This document shows, one piece after another, positions 28,701 through 39,995 of a stretch of DNA of 64,000 nucleotides. The stretch covers positions 16,678,001-16,742,000 of the forward strand of contig CM059450.1 of NCBI GenBank assembly GCA_030390025.1. Reading direction: 5' to 3'. The translations under genes and the position numbers were made by a program. Within the stretch, counting starts at the first letter, position 1. Every line of letters begins with the position of its first letter. The notes under the pieces were generated by a model, which was not told where the DNA came from, did not search any database, and saw nothing but the letters and a program-made list of their open reading frames with translations. This DNA is from Squalus acanthias. Lineage: Eukaryota.

Positions 28701-31151
28701 CACAGCCCTGCAAGTTTTTTCCCTCAAGTGCCTATCCAGTCTTTCCTTGAAAACATTGAGTCTGCCCACTTCCACCAGCAACGAATTCCAGGTCCTCACC
28801 ACTCGCTGCGTAAAAAAGTTTTTCCTCACATCCCCCCTGTATCTCTTGCCCAAAACCTTAAATCTGTGTCCCCTAGTCCTTGTACCATCAACTAGTGGGA
28901 ACAGCCTTTCCCCGTCTAGCCTATCCAGACTCGTCATAATCTTGTACACCTCTATCAAATCACCCCATAACCTCCTTTGCTCTAATGAAAACAAATCCAG
29001 CTTCTCCAACAAGTTCTTGTAGCTAAGATCCCCCATCCCCGGAACCATTCTGGTAAATCTCCTCTGCACCCTCTCAAGGGCCTTCGCATTCTTCCTAAAG
29101 TGTGGTGACCAGAACTGGACACAGTACTCCAGTTGTGGCCTAACCAGCACTTTATAAAGGTTCAGCATAACTTCTCTACTTTTGTACTCAATGCCTCTAT
29201 TTATGAAGCCCAAGATCCCATATGCTTTGTTAACCACTCTCTCAATATGTCCCACCACCTGCAGGGACCTCTGCACATTAACTCCTAGGTCCCTCTGTCC
29301 CTGCACACTCTTTAAAACTGTGCCATTAAGTGTATTTTGCCTCTCCCTGTTCCTTCTGCCAAAATGTATCACCTCACATTTCTCTGTATTAAATTCCATC
29401 TGCCACTTGTCTGCCCATTCTGCTAGCCTTTCTATGTCCTGTTGCAGTCAATTGGTATCATCACTGTTTGCCACACCCCCAAGTTTGGTGTCATCGGCAA
29501 ATTTAGAAATTCTACTCTGTATTCCAATATCCAGGTCATTTATATTTATATCAGAAAAAGCAGTGGCCCCAGCACTGACCCTTGGGGAACACCACTATCT
29601 ACCATCCTCCAGTCTGAAAACCAGCCATTTACCACAACTTGCTGTTTTCTATCCTTAAGCCAATTCCTTATCCAAGCTACCACTGACCCACCTATTCCAT
29701 GAGCCTCAATTTTGTTAATCAGCCATTTATGTGGTACTTTGTCTAACGCCTTCCAATAATCCATGTAGACAACATCCATTGCATTCCCTTCATCAATCCT
29801 CTGTTACTTCAAAAAATTCAATTAGATTAGTCAAACACGATCTGCCTTTTACAAATCCGTGTTGGCTCTCCTTAATTAGCTTAAACCTCTCCAAGTACCC
29901 GTTAATTTTTTCCTTGATTATTGTTTCTAAAATTTTACCCATCACTGATGTTAAACTGACCGGCCTGTAGTTACTAGGATTGTCCTTGCACCCTTTCTTG
30001 AACAATGGTGTCACATTTGCCACTTTCCAATCCTCAGACACCTCCCCCGCATCTAGGGAAGATTGGAAAATTATGGCAAGCCCTTCCGCTATCTGCTCCC
30101 CCAATTCCCATAGCAACCTGGGATGCAAGCCATCTGGACCAGGTGACTTATCCACTCTAAGCATACCCAGCCTTTTTAGTACATCCTGTCTATCAATTTT
30201 CACCCCTTCCATTGCTTCTACCTTTTCCACTTCTACCGATATTTTGTCAGCATCCACCTCCTTAGTAAACAGGGATACAAAGTACTCATTGAGATTAGAT
30301 AGATAAGAATGGAGCCAGACCAGAGCACCCAGCTGGACGACAGTGGCTAGGCATTAGAGAATGATGGAGCGGTCAACCATGTCAAAGGCTGCAGACAAGT
30401 CAAGAAGGACCAGGAGGGATAGTTTACCTTTATCACAGTCACAAAGTCACACTATCACAGTATTATTCTCTAATATATAATTTAAAGTCAAAAAGGTCAA
30501 AATCCTTTCATTCAGCAACAAAATGCTTGGGTAAATAATAGAATAAAATCCGATTAGGACAGGCCCCCCCCCCCAAAGCAACTCTCTTGCAAGTACCAGC
30601 CTGATGACAACATCCCCAGCTGATGTTTACATCTTTGCACAGTGGGCGGGACAGCGTTCTGATGGACAGCCGCCTCCGCCAATAGAGCCGCGGGCTGGTC
30701 TGAAGGCGGCCAGTCAGGAGTCGAGAGAGAGAGTGAGGGGCGGGTCCGAGGATTGATTGACGGGGACGAGATCCTGCCAGCGGGAGCCGCAGCCAGCTCG
30801 CCGCCCCGGGGGGCCAAACCGGGTTAAAATGGGGGTGGGCGGCGGGCGCAGGATTGAAACCCTTCCCCCCTCCCCGCCCGTCGATAAGTCAGCGGGCTAG
30901 ACCCTTCTGGAATTCAACGCCAATTTAAGCGGCATACGTTCGCCAAAAGGGAAAAGGAGGGGCGTTAAGGAGGCAGGCCCCGGGGTATTTGAACAGTGAG
31001 CAGGCCGCAGGCGCTGTGCGAGATTTGCTGGCGGTGACAATCCAGTTGTGGTGACCGGGGTAGGTGGGGGGGAAGGGAGCCCAGCTTCTTACCTCTCGCC
31101 GTTGTTAATGACGACGCCGCCGCTCTGCGAGTGATTCCTGTTGAGCGCCAT
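1667..31151 (-). CDS. wbp2nl: WBP2 N-terminal-like / PAWP (WBP2 family), 8 coding exons, 296 aa: join(31093-31151,13894-14002,9903-10038,8148-8240,6162-6431,4426-4524,3560-3636,1667-1714)
   Basis: All introns are GT-AG with compatible phases (59+109+136+93+270+99+77+48=891 nt). The protein [34 protein letters not shown]...[79 protein letters not shown] has a GRAM domain followed by a Pro-rich tail with PPxY motifs. Residues such as [12 protein letters not shown] and GQASFKLVF favour the NL paralogue over WBP2. Confidence 0.9.
1783..2690 (-). mobile_element. CR1 LINE 3' fragment
   Basis: [15 protein letters not shown]...RTRGHRFK...[14 protein letters not shown]. Confidence 0.9.
3560..3636 (-). 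CDS. wbp2nl: wbp2nl coding exon 7
   Basis: tttcag|GT GGA GCT...CCA ATG|GTAAG; encodes [26 protein letters not shown], the conserved WBP2-family block. Confidence 0.92.
4426..4524 (-). CDS. wbp2nl: wbp2nl coding exon 6 (PPxY motif)
   Basis: tttcag|GA GCC TAT...CCT G|GTAGG; encodes [33 protein letters not shown]. Confidence 0.88.
6162..6431 (-). CDS. wbp2nl: wbp2nl coding exon 5 (Pro/Gly/Tyr-rich, NGPYAA repeats)
   Basis: gttag|CC TCC AGG...CCA G|GTAAAG; encodes [14 protein letters not shown]...GTPAPQP. Confidence 0.9.
7068..7585 (-). mobile_element. CR1 LINE 3' fragment
   Basis: [11 protein letters not shown]...[11 protein letters not shown] and a (CTTATGTT) tail. Confidence 0.85.
8148..8240 (-). 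CDS. wbp2nl: wbp2nl coding exon 4
   Basis: ttccag|GT GGT TGG...CAA G|GTAAG; encodes [31 protein letters not shown]. Confidence 0.93.
9903..10038 (-). CDS. wbp2nl: wbp2nl coding exon 3
   Basis: tttcag|ATG ATC...GGC G|GTATG; encodes [45 protein letters not shown]. Confidence 0.93.
10575..11125 (-). mobile_element. CR1 LINE 3' fragment
   Basis: [15 protein letters not shown]...TRGHRFK. Confidence 0.85.
12412..13700 (-). mobile_element. CR1 LINE, RT domain to 3' end
   Basis: KSCLT.L...[13 protein letters not shown]...[11 protein letters not shown]...[14 protein letters not shown]. Confidence 0.92.
13894..14002 (-). CDS. wbp2nl: wbp2nl coding exon 2
   Basis: ttttgcag|C TTT TTA...TAC AGG|GTAAG; encodes [36 protein letters not shown]. 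Confidence 0.93.
14290..14640 (+). mobile_element. old, diverged tRNA-derived SINE family (AmnSINE2-like by recollection); relatives at ~10225, 10480, 11130, 22070, 26570, 40660, 47340, 59850 and 62850
   Basis: Shared blocks AAATCAGCCA.GGTTCC, CCAGTGRCCCCTGCTGGAAAGTG and GAAGAATGGCCACTTGGGC recur across copies. Confidence 0.55.
15509..15631 (+). repeat. 5' LTR (~120 bp), followed by a tRNA-Ser-like PBS (TGGCGATAAAGATGCGATT, 15634-15652)
   Basis: Direct repeat of 20721-20818 plus 21241-21270. Confidence 0.85.
17208..17931. mobile_element. non-autonomous PHIS/Harbinger-type MITE inserted in Gypsy pol
   Basis: TIR GGCCCAAAAATT...AATTTTTGGGCC with 3-bp TSD ATT; removing it restores [17 protein letters not shown]. 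Confidence 0.85.
20721..21270 (+). repeat. 3' LTR interrupted by a CR1 3' fragment (~20819-21240); PPT AAGGAGGGAGAAG immediately upstream
   Basis: LTR sequence stops at a (TA)n tract and resumes after the CR1 ttatgttct tail. Confidence 0.85.
21634..22065 (+). mobile_element. tRNA-derived Deu-domain SINE (SacSINE1-like)
   Basis: A/B boxes, the Deu-domain core GGAGGTGCCGTCTTTCGGATGAGACGTTAAACCGAGG, and an L2-like 3' tail GCTATATAAATGCAAG. Confidence 0.8.
23060..25580. mobile_element. two older CR1 fragments (23060-23950 +, interrupted by a PLE end; 24435-25580 -)
   Basis: Degenerate ORF2 motifs ([21 protein letters not shown]). Confidence 0.75.
27480..30446 (-). mobile_element. L2 LINE 3' region split by a younger CR1 insertion (28601-30290)
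   Basis: L2 motifs ([36 protein letters not shown]) stop at 28600 and resume near 30295; collinear with the unsplit copy at 35610-37095. Confidence 0.85.
28601..30290 (-). mobile_element. CR1 LINE, 1.7 kb 3' fragment with RT
   Basis: [11 protein letters not shown]...[10 protein letters not shown]...[14 protein letters not shown]...[10 protein letters not shown]; 3' part closely matches 1783-2690. Confidence 0.92.
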
Positions 31152-31460
31152 GTTTTTTTTTTCCCCTTTTCCCCCGCCCCCCCCGAGACGTTTGGGTGCC
31201 GTGCGGGCTGACGTCACGCGTTTTTTTAAAAAAAACGCGCGCGGTGGGCGGGGCTGTCTCCCTGGTGACCGGTGGCACACAATGGAAGGGGGCGGGGTCA
31301 CTGCCACCTGGCCTCGCGGCTACTTTTCGTTGGCTGATTCCTTCAATTGATTGGCAGGCGCCATCACCAATTAGTAGACAGCAAGTGCCCCGCTCCGCCC
31401 CCTTCTTAAAGGGGCACCACCAATAAACCTGCAATTTAACCCGTGGCCTCATGGCCAATG
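30550..31460 (-). promoter_or_regulatory. CpG island / promoter of wbp2nl
   Basis: GC- and CpG-rich region around exon 1, with a perfect CRE (TGACGTCA, 31209-31216), GGGCGG boxes, and several CCAAT/ATTGG motifs at 31350-31460. Confidence 0.8.
31093..31151 (-). CDS. wbp2nl: wbp2nl coding exon 1
   Basis: ATG GCG CTC AAC...GAG AG|GTAAG; encodes [19 protein letters not shown]. Confidence 0.92.
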
Positions 31461-31644
31461 CAGGAGGTGCTTCATGTGCTCCCACAGTTGCATTGAAAAA
31501 GAATACTGGATTGAAAGCGGGTTGAGAGAGTTCTGTAGAAACAATCTGTTTGATTTATTGCAACAGGAGCAGGCCATTCAGCCCCTCCAGATTGCTCCGC
31601 CATTCAATTAGATCATGGCTGATCATTCAACAATTAGGTCATGG

Positions 31645-32432
31645 AGTGTCAGCCGTAGCTCAGTGGGCAGCACCCTCGCCTCTGAGTCAGAACGTTGTGT
31701 GTTCCAGTCTCACTCCAGGGACTTGAGCACAAAAATCCAGGCTGACACTCCCAGTGCTGCACTGTCGGAGGTGCCCTCTTTCGGATGAGACGTTAAACTG
31801 AGGCCCTGTCTGCTCTCTCAGGTGGGCATAAAAGATCCCACGGCACTATTTTGAAGAAGAGCAGGAGAGATCTCCCGCCCCCCGGTGTCCTGGCCAATAT
31901 TTATCCCTCAATCAACATCACTAAAACAGATTATCGTGTTATTAACACATTGCTGTTTGTGGGAGCTTGCTGTGTGAAAATTGTCTGCCGCGATTCCTAC
32001 ATTACAACAGTGACTACACTTCATAGAATCATTGAATGGTTGCAGCACAGAAGGAGGCCATTCGGCCTGTCGAGCCCGCACCGGATCTCTGCAAGAGCAC
32101 TTCAGCTAGTCCCACTCCCCCCGCCCTTTCCCCGTAGCCCTGCAATTTTTTTTCCTTCAGGTACTTATCCAATTCCCTTTTGAAAGCCACAATTGAATCT
32201 GCCTCCACCACCCTATCAGGCAGTGCATTCCAGATCCTAACCACTCGCTGCGTAAAAAAGTTTTTCCTCATGTCGCCTTTGGTTCTTCTGCCAATCACCT
32301 TAAATCTGGGTCCTCTGGTTCTCGACCCTTCCGCCAATGGGAACAGTACTTCAGAAGTACTTCATTGGCTGTAAAGTGCTTTGGGACGTCCTGAGGTCAT
32401 GAAAGCCGCTATATAAATGCAAGTCTTTCTTT
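31645..32432 (+). mobile_element. Deu-domain SINE interrupted by a CR1 fragment (32022-32346)
   Basis: SINE sequence resumes after the insert, with ACTTCA duplicated at the junctions. Confidence 0.8.
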
Positions 32433-32519
32433 ACTGAGATAATGGGCAGGAGAGAGTTTAAGATTGTGGTAGTTATGTAGAAGGGGTGAATTTGAATGCA
32501 CATTGTTCTAAGTTTTCTT

Positions 32520-33222
32520 GGGGGAAAAATTGAGTCGGGGCTCTATTTTTAGCACCCCGAAAAAATTAGCGCCCCCACGGCCGAAATTCATTGGTAGTGC
32601 CGCAAGAGGGAAGTGGGGTGCTTTCAGTAGTGCCCCGCTTCCCTCTTGGGGCGCTGCGAGGGAATATCCCACCGCTACGTGCCGTGGTACTGCAGGCCTT
32701 CCTCCACTTCTTAAAGGGGAGGGGCCTAGCGCAGTGCGACCCGGGGCCCAGCTGGGCCCCCAGGGATCGGGAGTACCGGCAAAAGAGCCCAGCACTCAAG
32801 GAGTGCCGGGCTCACGGAGCACAGCCGGCACTCCGCGGTGGGGGGCTGCTGAGGAGGCCGGGGACGGCAACGGGGGCAGGTGCTGGCAGGCGGCCAGCAA
32901 CAAAAATGGCCGCCCAGCACCTTGCCTTTAATTAGCGCTGCCCCGGCCGCAGGTAGGCCCCCTGACCCCGTCGGACATAGCGTCCAGCGGTAAGTCGGGA
33001 CGATACCGAAGCTCGCGGCCGGGGCGCTGCGCACGGTGATGGCGTCGTCGCCGGTGGCGCAGCGCCGCGGGGCGCTAACAGTTACCGCCACCGCTAACCT
33101 CCCGCTGAATTCCACGGGAGGTGTTGGCGGCGCCGCGCCCGGGTGCTAGTTGCTTTGCGCCTCCTGTTAGTGCCCTCTTAGGGCGCTAACGGGAGGCGCA
33201 AAGCAACCGAATTTTTTCCCCC
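32520..33222. mobile_element. GC-rich MITE (Harbinger-like TIRs)
   Basis: Ends are GGGGGAAAAATT and AATTTTTTCCCCC; inserted in a degraded CR1 tail. Confidence 0.7.
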
Positions 33223-33380
33223 TTATGTTCTCATATTCTTGGTATTGCTACATTGTTTGTGAACAAGGTCTCCAGATTTTTCAATGATTATGAAATTGTG
33301 GTATAGAAACAGAAAGTGCTGGAAATACCCACTGAGCTAAATTATAAAAAAAACAGGTTTATATTTTGAGTGGAACCATA

Positions 33381-34204
33381 CAGGGCCGGCCTTATGGGTG
33401 GGCAATGTGGGCGATCACTCAGGGCGCCGTGGGGGTGGGGGGCGGGGGGGGGGGTGCGAAAGATGACATGGCGGGAAACCCTGAAACAATGGTTAAAAAA
33501 AAAGTTGATTCAGTAATTATTTTTTTACACAGATCATAAGCAGCAGTTCAAGCAGCTCAGATTGAACAGAACCTCCCTCGCTCCCAGCCCCCAAACCCTT
33601 CAATAGGGAGTTCCAAGAGTTGGCTGCCAATTAGTTCGACTGACAACCACGGGCAGAACAATCAGTGCTCCCGTCGGGAATGTTGATTGGACGAGTAAGC
33701 GAATGAGCGGCGGCCGGAGGCTGGCTTGGTGCGAGCCGGAAGGTGGGAGCAGAGTGCGGCTGCCACGTTTGAAGCGCAGAGTGGGCTGGCTGTCTCACCT
33801 GGAGGAGTGCGCATGGAGTAGCGCTGAGAGTGGCACGAAGGTCGCTAATTAGACCCGCCGTTAGCAAGGCTGGTGGTGGGTGCCAAGTGAGTTCAGGCAG
33901 GCTTCTAAATAAACCAATCCGTAAAATAAACAAAAGAACCTCTGTGGTTAATGCAGAGACTTTTACTGAGCCTTGTTCAAGAGAGGGGAGTTTTTAAATA
34001 TGTAGTCGTTGAGAGTGAGTCATAGGTGAAATTTGCCTAGAGACTGCAAACCTAAGGCAGGTTGACTTTGTTTTTAACGAAGGCAAGAGGGTTTAGACAT
34101 TTAAAACTGGGGTTTCTTTTTGCTAATACTACACACCTAAACTCAAAGAAAGGGCGCAAAAAACAAGTTCGCCCAGGGTGCCGTTTTCCCCAAGGCCGGC
34201 CCTG
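33381..34204. mobile_element. non-autonomous hAT element
   Basis: TIR CAGGGCCGGCCTT/AAGGCCGGCCCTG with 8-bp TSD GAACCATA. Confidence 0.85.
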
Positions 34205-34208
34205 GAAC

Positions 34209-34348
34209 CAATGTTCCCTTCATTTTTTGGGGGGTACGTGGCCCCTTTAAGGGGTTGCGCAGCCCATTCGCAGTTTCGCGCATGAACGATATTTAACATT
34301 GAAAAAGCCGGTCCCGGCCTGCAGCCGGGGAACGTTGAGGGAACGTTG
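34209..34348. mobile_element. small hAT MITE
   Basis: TIR CAATGTTCCC/GGGAACGTTG with perfect 8-bp TSD CCTGGAAC. Confidence 0.88.
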
Positions 34349-34474
34349 CCTGGAACCATACATCAGACTGGCATGGTTCAGAGGAGAGCCCTTTTATAAG
34401 AGTAACCGAAAGAAAGTAAGCAAAGCAACAGTCAATTGCTTTCACATAGCAGTAGTTAATGGATTCAGTATTGC

Positions 34475-35030
34475 ACTAGAGCACTGTGAGCTATTCTGGG
34501 CACCACACCTTAGGAAGGATATATTGGCCTTGGAGGGAGTGCAGCGTAGGTTTACCAGAATGATGCCCGGACTTCAAGGGTTAAGTTACGAGGAGAGATT
34601 ACACAAATTAGGGTTGTATTCCCTAGAATTTAGAAGGTTAAGGGGTGATCTGATCAAAGTTTTCAGGATATTAAGGGGAACAGATAGGGTAGATAGAGAG
34701 AAACTATTTCCGCTGGTTGGGGAGTCTAAGACTAGGGGGGCATAGTCTAAAAATTAGAGCCAGACCTTTCAGGAGTGAAATTAGGAAACACTTCTACACA
34801 CAATGGGTGGTAGAAGTTTGGAACTCTCTTCCACAAATGGCAATTGATGCTAGATCAATTGTGAATTTTAAATCTGAGATTGATAGGTTTTTGTTAACCA
34901 AAGGTATTAAGGGATATGGGCCAAAGGCGGGTATATGGAGTTTGGTTGCAAATCAGCCATGAGCTCATTGGATGGCGGAACAGGCTCGAGGGGCTGAATG
35001 ACCTCCTCCTGTTCCTATGTTGCTATGTTC
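34475..35030 (+). mobile_element. CR1 LINE 3' fragment
   Basis: [11 protein letters not shown]...[14 protein letters not shown]...WNSLP. Confidence 0.85.
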
Positions 35031-35609
35031 ATAGATAGATTTTAAAATTCTGGAACAAGTTGTAAAGTGACTTCTACTACATAAAGGTCCTCCTTGTTAC
35101 CATTTCAATCAAAAGAGTGAGTCAGTTATGGCTTAACAATGGAAGGAAATGCGGTGGACTGTGAAAGGGAGAATCCAGATGAAAAATAAGGGTTGAAGTT
35201 GTTGATGTCAGTGTTCAGACCAGAAGGCTGAAGAGTGCCCCGGAGGAAGATGAGATGCTATTTCTGAATTTTTGCATTAACCGTGGTTGAAGCAATGTAC
35301 AAGGCTTGACATAGAATCGTTGGGAGTGAGAGTGGGAGGGTGGGTTGATGTGCAAGCCACAGGGAGCTCAGGATCCGATCGCATCAATAGCAGAGTACAG
35401 TATAGCAGATTGGAGGAAGTATATGTAAGTCATTTTATGACATGGTAAGAACATTTGGGACACAAGCCAACAGTGTGGAAAGAAACAAATGGACAGATGA
35501 TGCGTTTACTGCAGTTGCGAGGGATAATGTCTGAGGAAGAGCAGCTAGTAATGGTGTTGATGGAAGGGTGAGCACGAGTGAACAACGGTTACTGGAAAGC
35601 AGAGAGGGA

Positions 35610-37095
35610 ACAACAACAATAACTTGTATTTATATAGCGACTTTAATGTAGTAAAATGTCCCAAGGCGCTTCACAGGAGTATTGTAAGACAAAAGATTTG
35701 ACACCGAGCCACATAAGGATAAATTAGGGCAGGTGACCAAAAGTTTGGTCAAAGAGGTAGGTTTTAAGGAGCGTCTTAAAGGAGGAAAGAGAGGTAGCGA
35801 GGCGGAGAGGTTTAGGCAGGGAATTCCAGAGCTTAGGGCCGAGGCAACAGAAGGCACGGCCACCAATGGTTGAGCGATTATAATCAGGGATGCTCAAGAG
35901 GGCAGAATTAGAGGAGCGCAGATATCTCGGGTGGTTGTGGGGTTGAAGGAGATTACAGAGATAGGAAGGGGCGAGGCCATGGAGGGATTTGAAAACAAGG
36001 ATGAGAATTTTGAAATCGAGGCGCTGCTTAACCGGGAGCCAATGTAGGTCAGCGAGCACAGGGGAGATGGGCGAACGGGACTTGGTGCGAGTTAGGACAC
36101 AGGCAGCTGAGTTTTGGATGACCTCAAGTTTACGTAGGGTGGAATGTGGGAGGCCAGCCAGGAGTGCATTGGAATAGTCAAGTCTAGAGGTAACAAAGGC
36201 ATGGATGAGGGTTTCAGCAGCGGATGAGCTGAGGCAAGGGCAGAGATGGGTGGAAGTAGGCGGTCTTTGTTATGCTGCAGATATGTGGTCGGAAGCTAAT
36301 TTCAGGGTCAAATATGATACCAAGGTAGCGAACAGTGTGGTTCAGCCTCAGACAGATGTTAGGGAGAGGGATGGAATCAGTGGCTAGGGAACGGAGTTTG
36401 TGGCGGGGACGGAAAACAATGGCTTCGGTCTTCCCAATATTTAATTGGAGAAAATTTTTGCTCATCCAGAACTGTATGTCGGACAAGCAGTCTGACAATT
36501 TAGACACCGTGGAGGGGTCGCGAGAAGAGGTAGTGAGGTAGAGCTGGGTGTCATCAGCGTACATGAGGAAACTGATGCTGTGTTTTCGGATGATGTCGCC
36601 AAGGAGCAACATGTAGATGAGAAATAGGAGGGGGCCAAGGATAGATCTTTGGGGGACACCAGAGGTAACGATGCGGGAGTCGGAAGAGAAGCCATTGCAG
36701 GTGATTCTCTAGCTACGATTAGATAAGAATGGAACCAGGCGAGTGCAGTCCCACCCAGCTGGATGACGGTGGAGAGGCGTTGGGGAAGGATGGAGTGGTC
36801 AACGTGTCAAAGGCTGCAGACAGGTCAAGAAGGACGAGGAGGGATAGTTTACCTTTGTCACAATCACAAAGGATGTCATTTATAACTTTGATGAGAGCCG
36901 TTTCGGTACCGTGGCAGGGGCGGCAACCTGATTGGAGGGATTCAAACATGGAATTGCGGGAAAGATGAACACGGATTTGGGAGGCGACAACACGTTCAAG
37001 GACTTTGGAGAGGAAAGGGAGGTTGGAGATGGGGCGATAGTTTGCAAGGACAGAGGGATCAAGGGTTGGTTTTTTGAGGAGAGGGGTGATGGCGA
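35610..37095 (-). mobile_element. L2 LINE 3' region with RT
   Basis: HGTETALIKVIND...[10 protein letters not shown]...MYADDTQLY...[14 protein letters not shown] and a (TTG)n tail; older L2 pieces at 8455-9230 (+) and 40920-41665 (-). Confidence 0.9.
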
Positions 37096-37487
37096 CAGAA
37101 AGGAGAAAATCTACTTGGTGGCAGGAATGGAAGAAGATCTAGCAGATGCAGGGGCTCGTAAGACAGAAAACAACAGGGTTGCTGTTGTCATTATGGCCCC
37201 GATAATAACTCCGAGGCGAGTTCGGAGCGAGGGAGGTACGATATCAGGTGCGAAACCCGGAAGAAGTCCGGGCGCGTCGAAATGTGCAATTTCAGCAGGG
37301 CCTCCTCATTATAATTTTATCTTCTAGGCTTGGCGTCCAGTGTGCGACAGTGGGCACGGTGCCGACCCGCATGACACAATCTCAACTGGAGCATTTAAAG
37401 GGCCAATCCAAGGGTGGAATTTGGAGGAGTTCGGAGCTGCAGCAAACTGAAGGAGACGTGCTGTAACGGATTCAGGAAAGGCATGGG

Positions 37488-39108
37488 CTGCGCCAAGATT
37501 TAACAACGCATTGCTTGATGCACTGCTGGGTGCAGTGAGGAGTAGGAAAGAGATACTCTTCCCCAGCAACTGAAGGAAGAAACCTGCTACTGCAACGAAG
37601 AGGGTGTGGTTGGAGGTGGCCAAGGAGGTCATCAGCAGGAGCTTTATGGCACGCTCCTTGGATTCAGTGCAGGAAGCGCTTTAATGACCTAACCATGTCA
37701 GGAAAGGTGAGCAAAGTGGCACAATCACTTACATCCTGTTGTGCCCCCCCCGCCCCGCCCCAACTCAACCCCCACACGCTCTGTCTTGTCAAGCCTACTC
37801 CATCACATAACTCCTCACACACACTTACCTTGCAAGTGGGGTGGATGATGACAGCCTTCTCGTGGCCCACTCTGTTACGTGATCTTAGTTCACAACTAAT
37901 GTCATCTCAAAGGACACCGAACTTGTGGTTAAATCGATCTCCCGGTGAGAGTAGCAAATCGAGCATATCAAAAAAAAAACTTGCAAGTGCACCCACCATT
38001 CTCTTTCTATGCACTCACATCCCCATCTATCCATCCACCACTGACACTCACCCTGAGCCTTATGCCTCTCCCTGATAGTCACCCTCACCAAATGCATCCA
38101 TTGGGTGAACACATGCCATTACAGTCAGTCATAGGTCTGTTCATACCCCCATTGTAGGAGAAGTGAGCACAGAACACTGGGGAGAGAACCGGAGGTGGTC
38201 CTCTACAGATTTCCCAGTTGACAACTGCAGAGATCAGCGCTGGAGATCAGTGGTGTTTCAGCGTCCAGAACCATCGGAGATGGGGAGATTGGGACCTCCC
38301 AGCTATCTGGTGACAGAATTAAATATCAGCGGCACACATGTCATGCGACACTCAGCCATGTTGATTTGATTTCAGCAGCGAGTGAAATATGATCATCTTC
38401 ATAATGGTAACTTGCAACATTCTTAGCTTGCCAGTACTAAGTGATATCTTTTCTCTCTGCCAGGACCTTCACGTGGGCAGCAGGAGTCGGTGGACCACCT
38501 GGGCGGCAATTCCTCGGAGGAGCTGATTCTTTCTGAGGGTGCATCAGCGCAGATTCTCGCACTTCGGTGGATCCTGTCAGGCAGTAAGTTGGGTCTAGTC
38601 ACCTGGTGACTCACAGTTCACACATGAGCACAAGAGACAGTAGTGGGAGGGATTGCCATGGAGAGTCCGCATCGGAGGGCACAGCCCTCTCCAAGCTCTG
38701 CCCAGCTGGACACAGATGCTGTACCCTGGGGGGCCATCGAAGAAAAGGATAATCATTGAGGGGCAGCAGAAAATCTGTGGCGTACTGGCAGGTCTTCCAC
38801 GCACACTGATCACGATTGCAGAGAGAATGAAGGAGTTCACATCAAGCATGAGTGGATTGATGGCGCAGGGCTTTGTGAGGATGTCTTCTACCATGGATAG
38901 ATTGGCCAACACAGTGGAACATCAATCACGGAAGTCAAAGGAGTCTATGCAAGCCTTGACCACAGCCATGCAGACTCTGGGTCCCAACATGTCTGGCACC
39001 TTAAATAGGATGACAGTCACCTTAGCTGTGGCCTTACAACGCGTTACTGATCTGCTCCAGGCTGCTCCCCCGCAGAGTGGTAGGAGTGAACATGCGGCTG
39101 ACCCATGA
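37488..39108 (+). pseudogene. Harbinger Myb/SANT-like DNA-binding protein pseudogene (spliced)
   Basis: APRFNNALLDALLGAVRSRKEILFPSN*RKKPATATKRVWLEVAKEV...WIQCRKRFNDL|gtgag, then an ERTGGGP motif near 38185 and a coiled-coil-like ORF at 38653-39108. Confidence 0.8.
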
Positions 39109-39759
39109 GAGGGATGATGACGAAAGGGGATATGGAAAGTGGGAACTCCACTCAGCGCTCCCACTTCTCATCGTCACTCCCCCCTCAGTCAGTAACCGAC
39201 GTGCTGCCTCGTGTCCCGACGGTTGAGTCTGCCCTTGCACAGGTGCAGGTGGAGCAGTCTTTGGCGGGGCCCACACGGTCTCCCAACACCCAGAGGTCAT
39301 TGGCCAAGAGCATCTCAACAGTCAGAGCAAGGAATCCGAGCAGCCTGCCTCTACCTCTGCTGAAGCAACAGGTAGGAAATGGAAGAGTAAAGCTTTGTAG
39401 TTCACCAAGGGTATGCACATGGGTGTTAATGCAAATGTTAGGTTATTAAGGTTCCATTATTTACCAGACTCATATAAAATTTATTGCGTTGCCCCATATT
39501 CCCTCGTTGCCCATTGTTGGTTGCTGCGTGGTAACGCGCCTTTTCAGTTGCTTGTAGTTGAATGTGAAGACATGATTTTACAGGGACCAGTGGGAGGGAT
39601 GTGCAACGGGTGGATGGTTGGTTGCAGGACTGCTTTGTGTCAGTGGGATGGGTGGGGGAGAGTGGCTGTTGGATGTGATAGTTACATCGGTCCAGTGGTA
39701 GTGACTAATTAAACCATACAGCTACCAGGACGTCCCGGGCAGCAACGTGAGCGGCTGGT

Positions 39760-39995
39760 GCGGTGTTGGGAGCGCCACCTTCATCCTCCTCCTCGTTCTC
39801 CTCCTCCTCTTCATTGGAATCCTCCGCAGACGATGCATGCAGAGCGCCTTGTTCCTTCTGCTGCTCCAGTCATCGCCGCTGCGCAAGGTTGTGCAGAACG
39901 CAGCGTACCACGATCTATCCAGAGACCCTCGCTGTATTTAAGGGTGCCTCCAGATCTGTCCAGGCAACCGAAGCGCACCTTGAGCATGCCGAGAC
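39760..39995 (-). pseudogene. Harbinger (HARBI1-like) transposase C-terminal remnant
   Basis: GMLKVRFGCLDRSGGTLKY...IVVRCVLHNLAQRR followed by an acidic EEEENEEEDE tail. Confidence 0.8.

Noticed and set aside
28167-29399. 410-aa ORF that looks like an RT fusion gene
   Set aside because: Accidental read-through from a CR1 insertion into the L2 element it interrupts
32508-33115. Several overlapping GC-rich ORFs
   Set aside because: They lie within a TIR-bounded MITE; ORFs are expected from GC content alone
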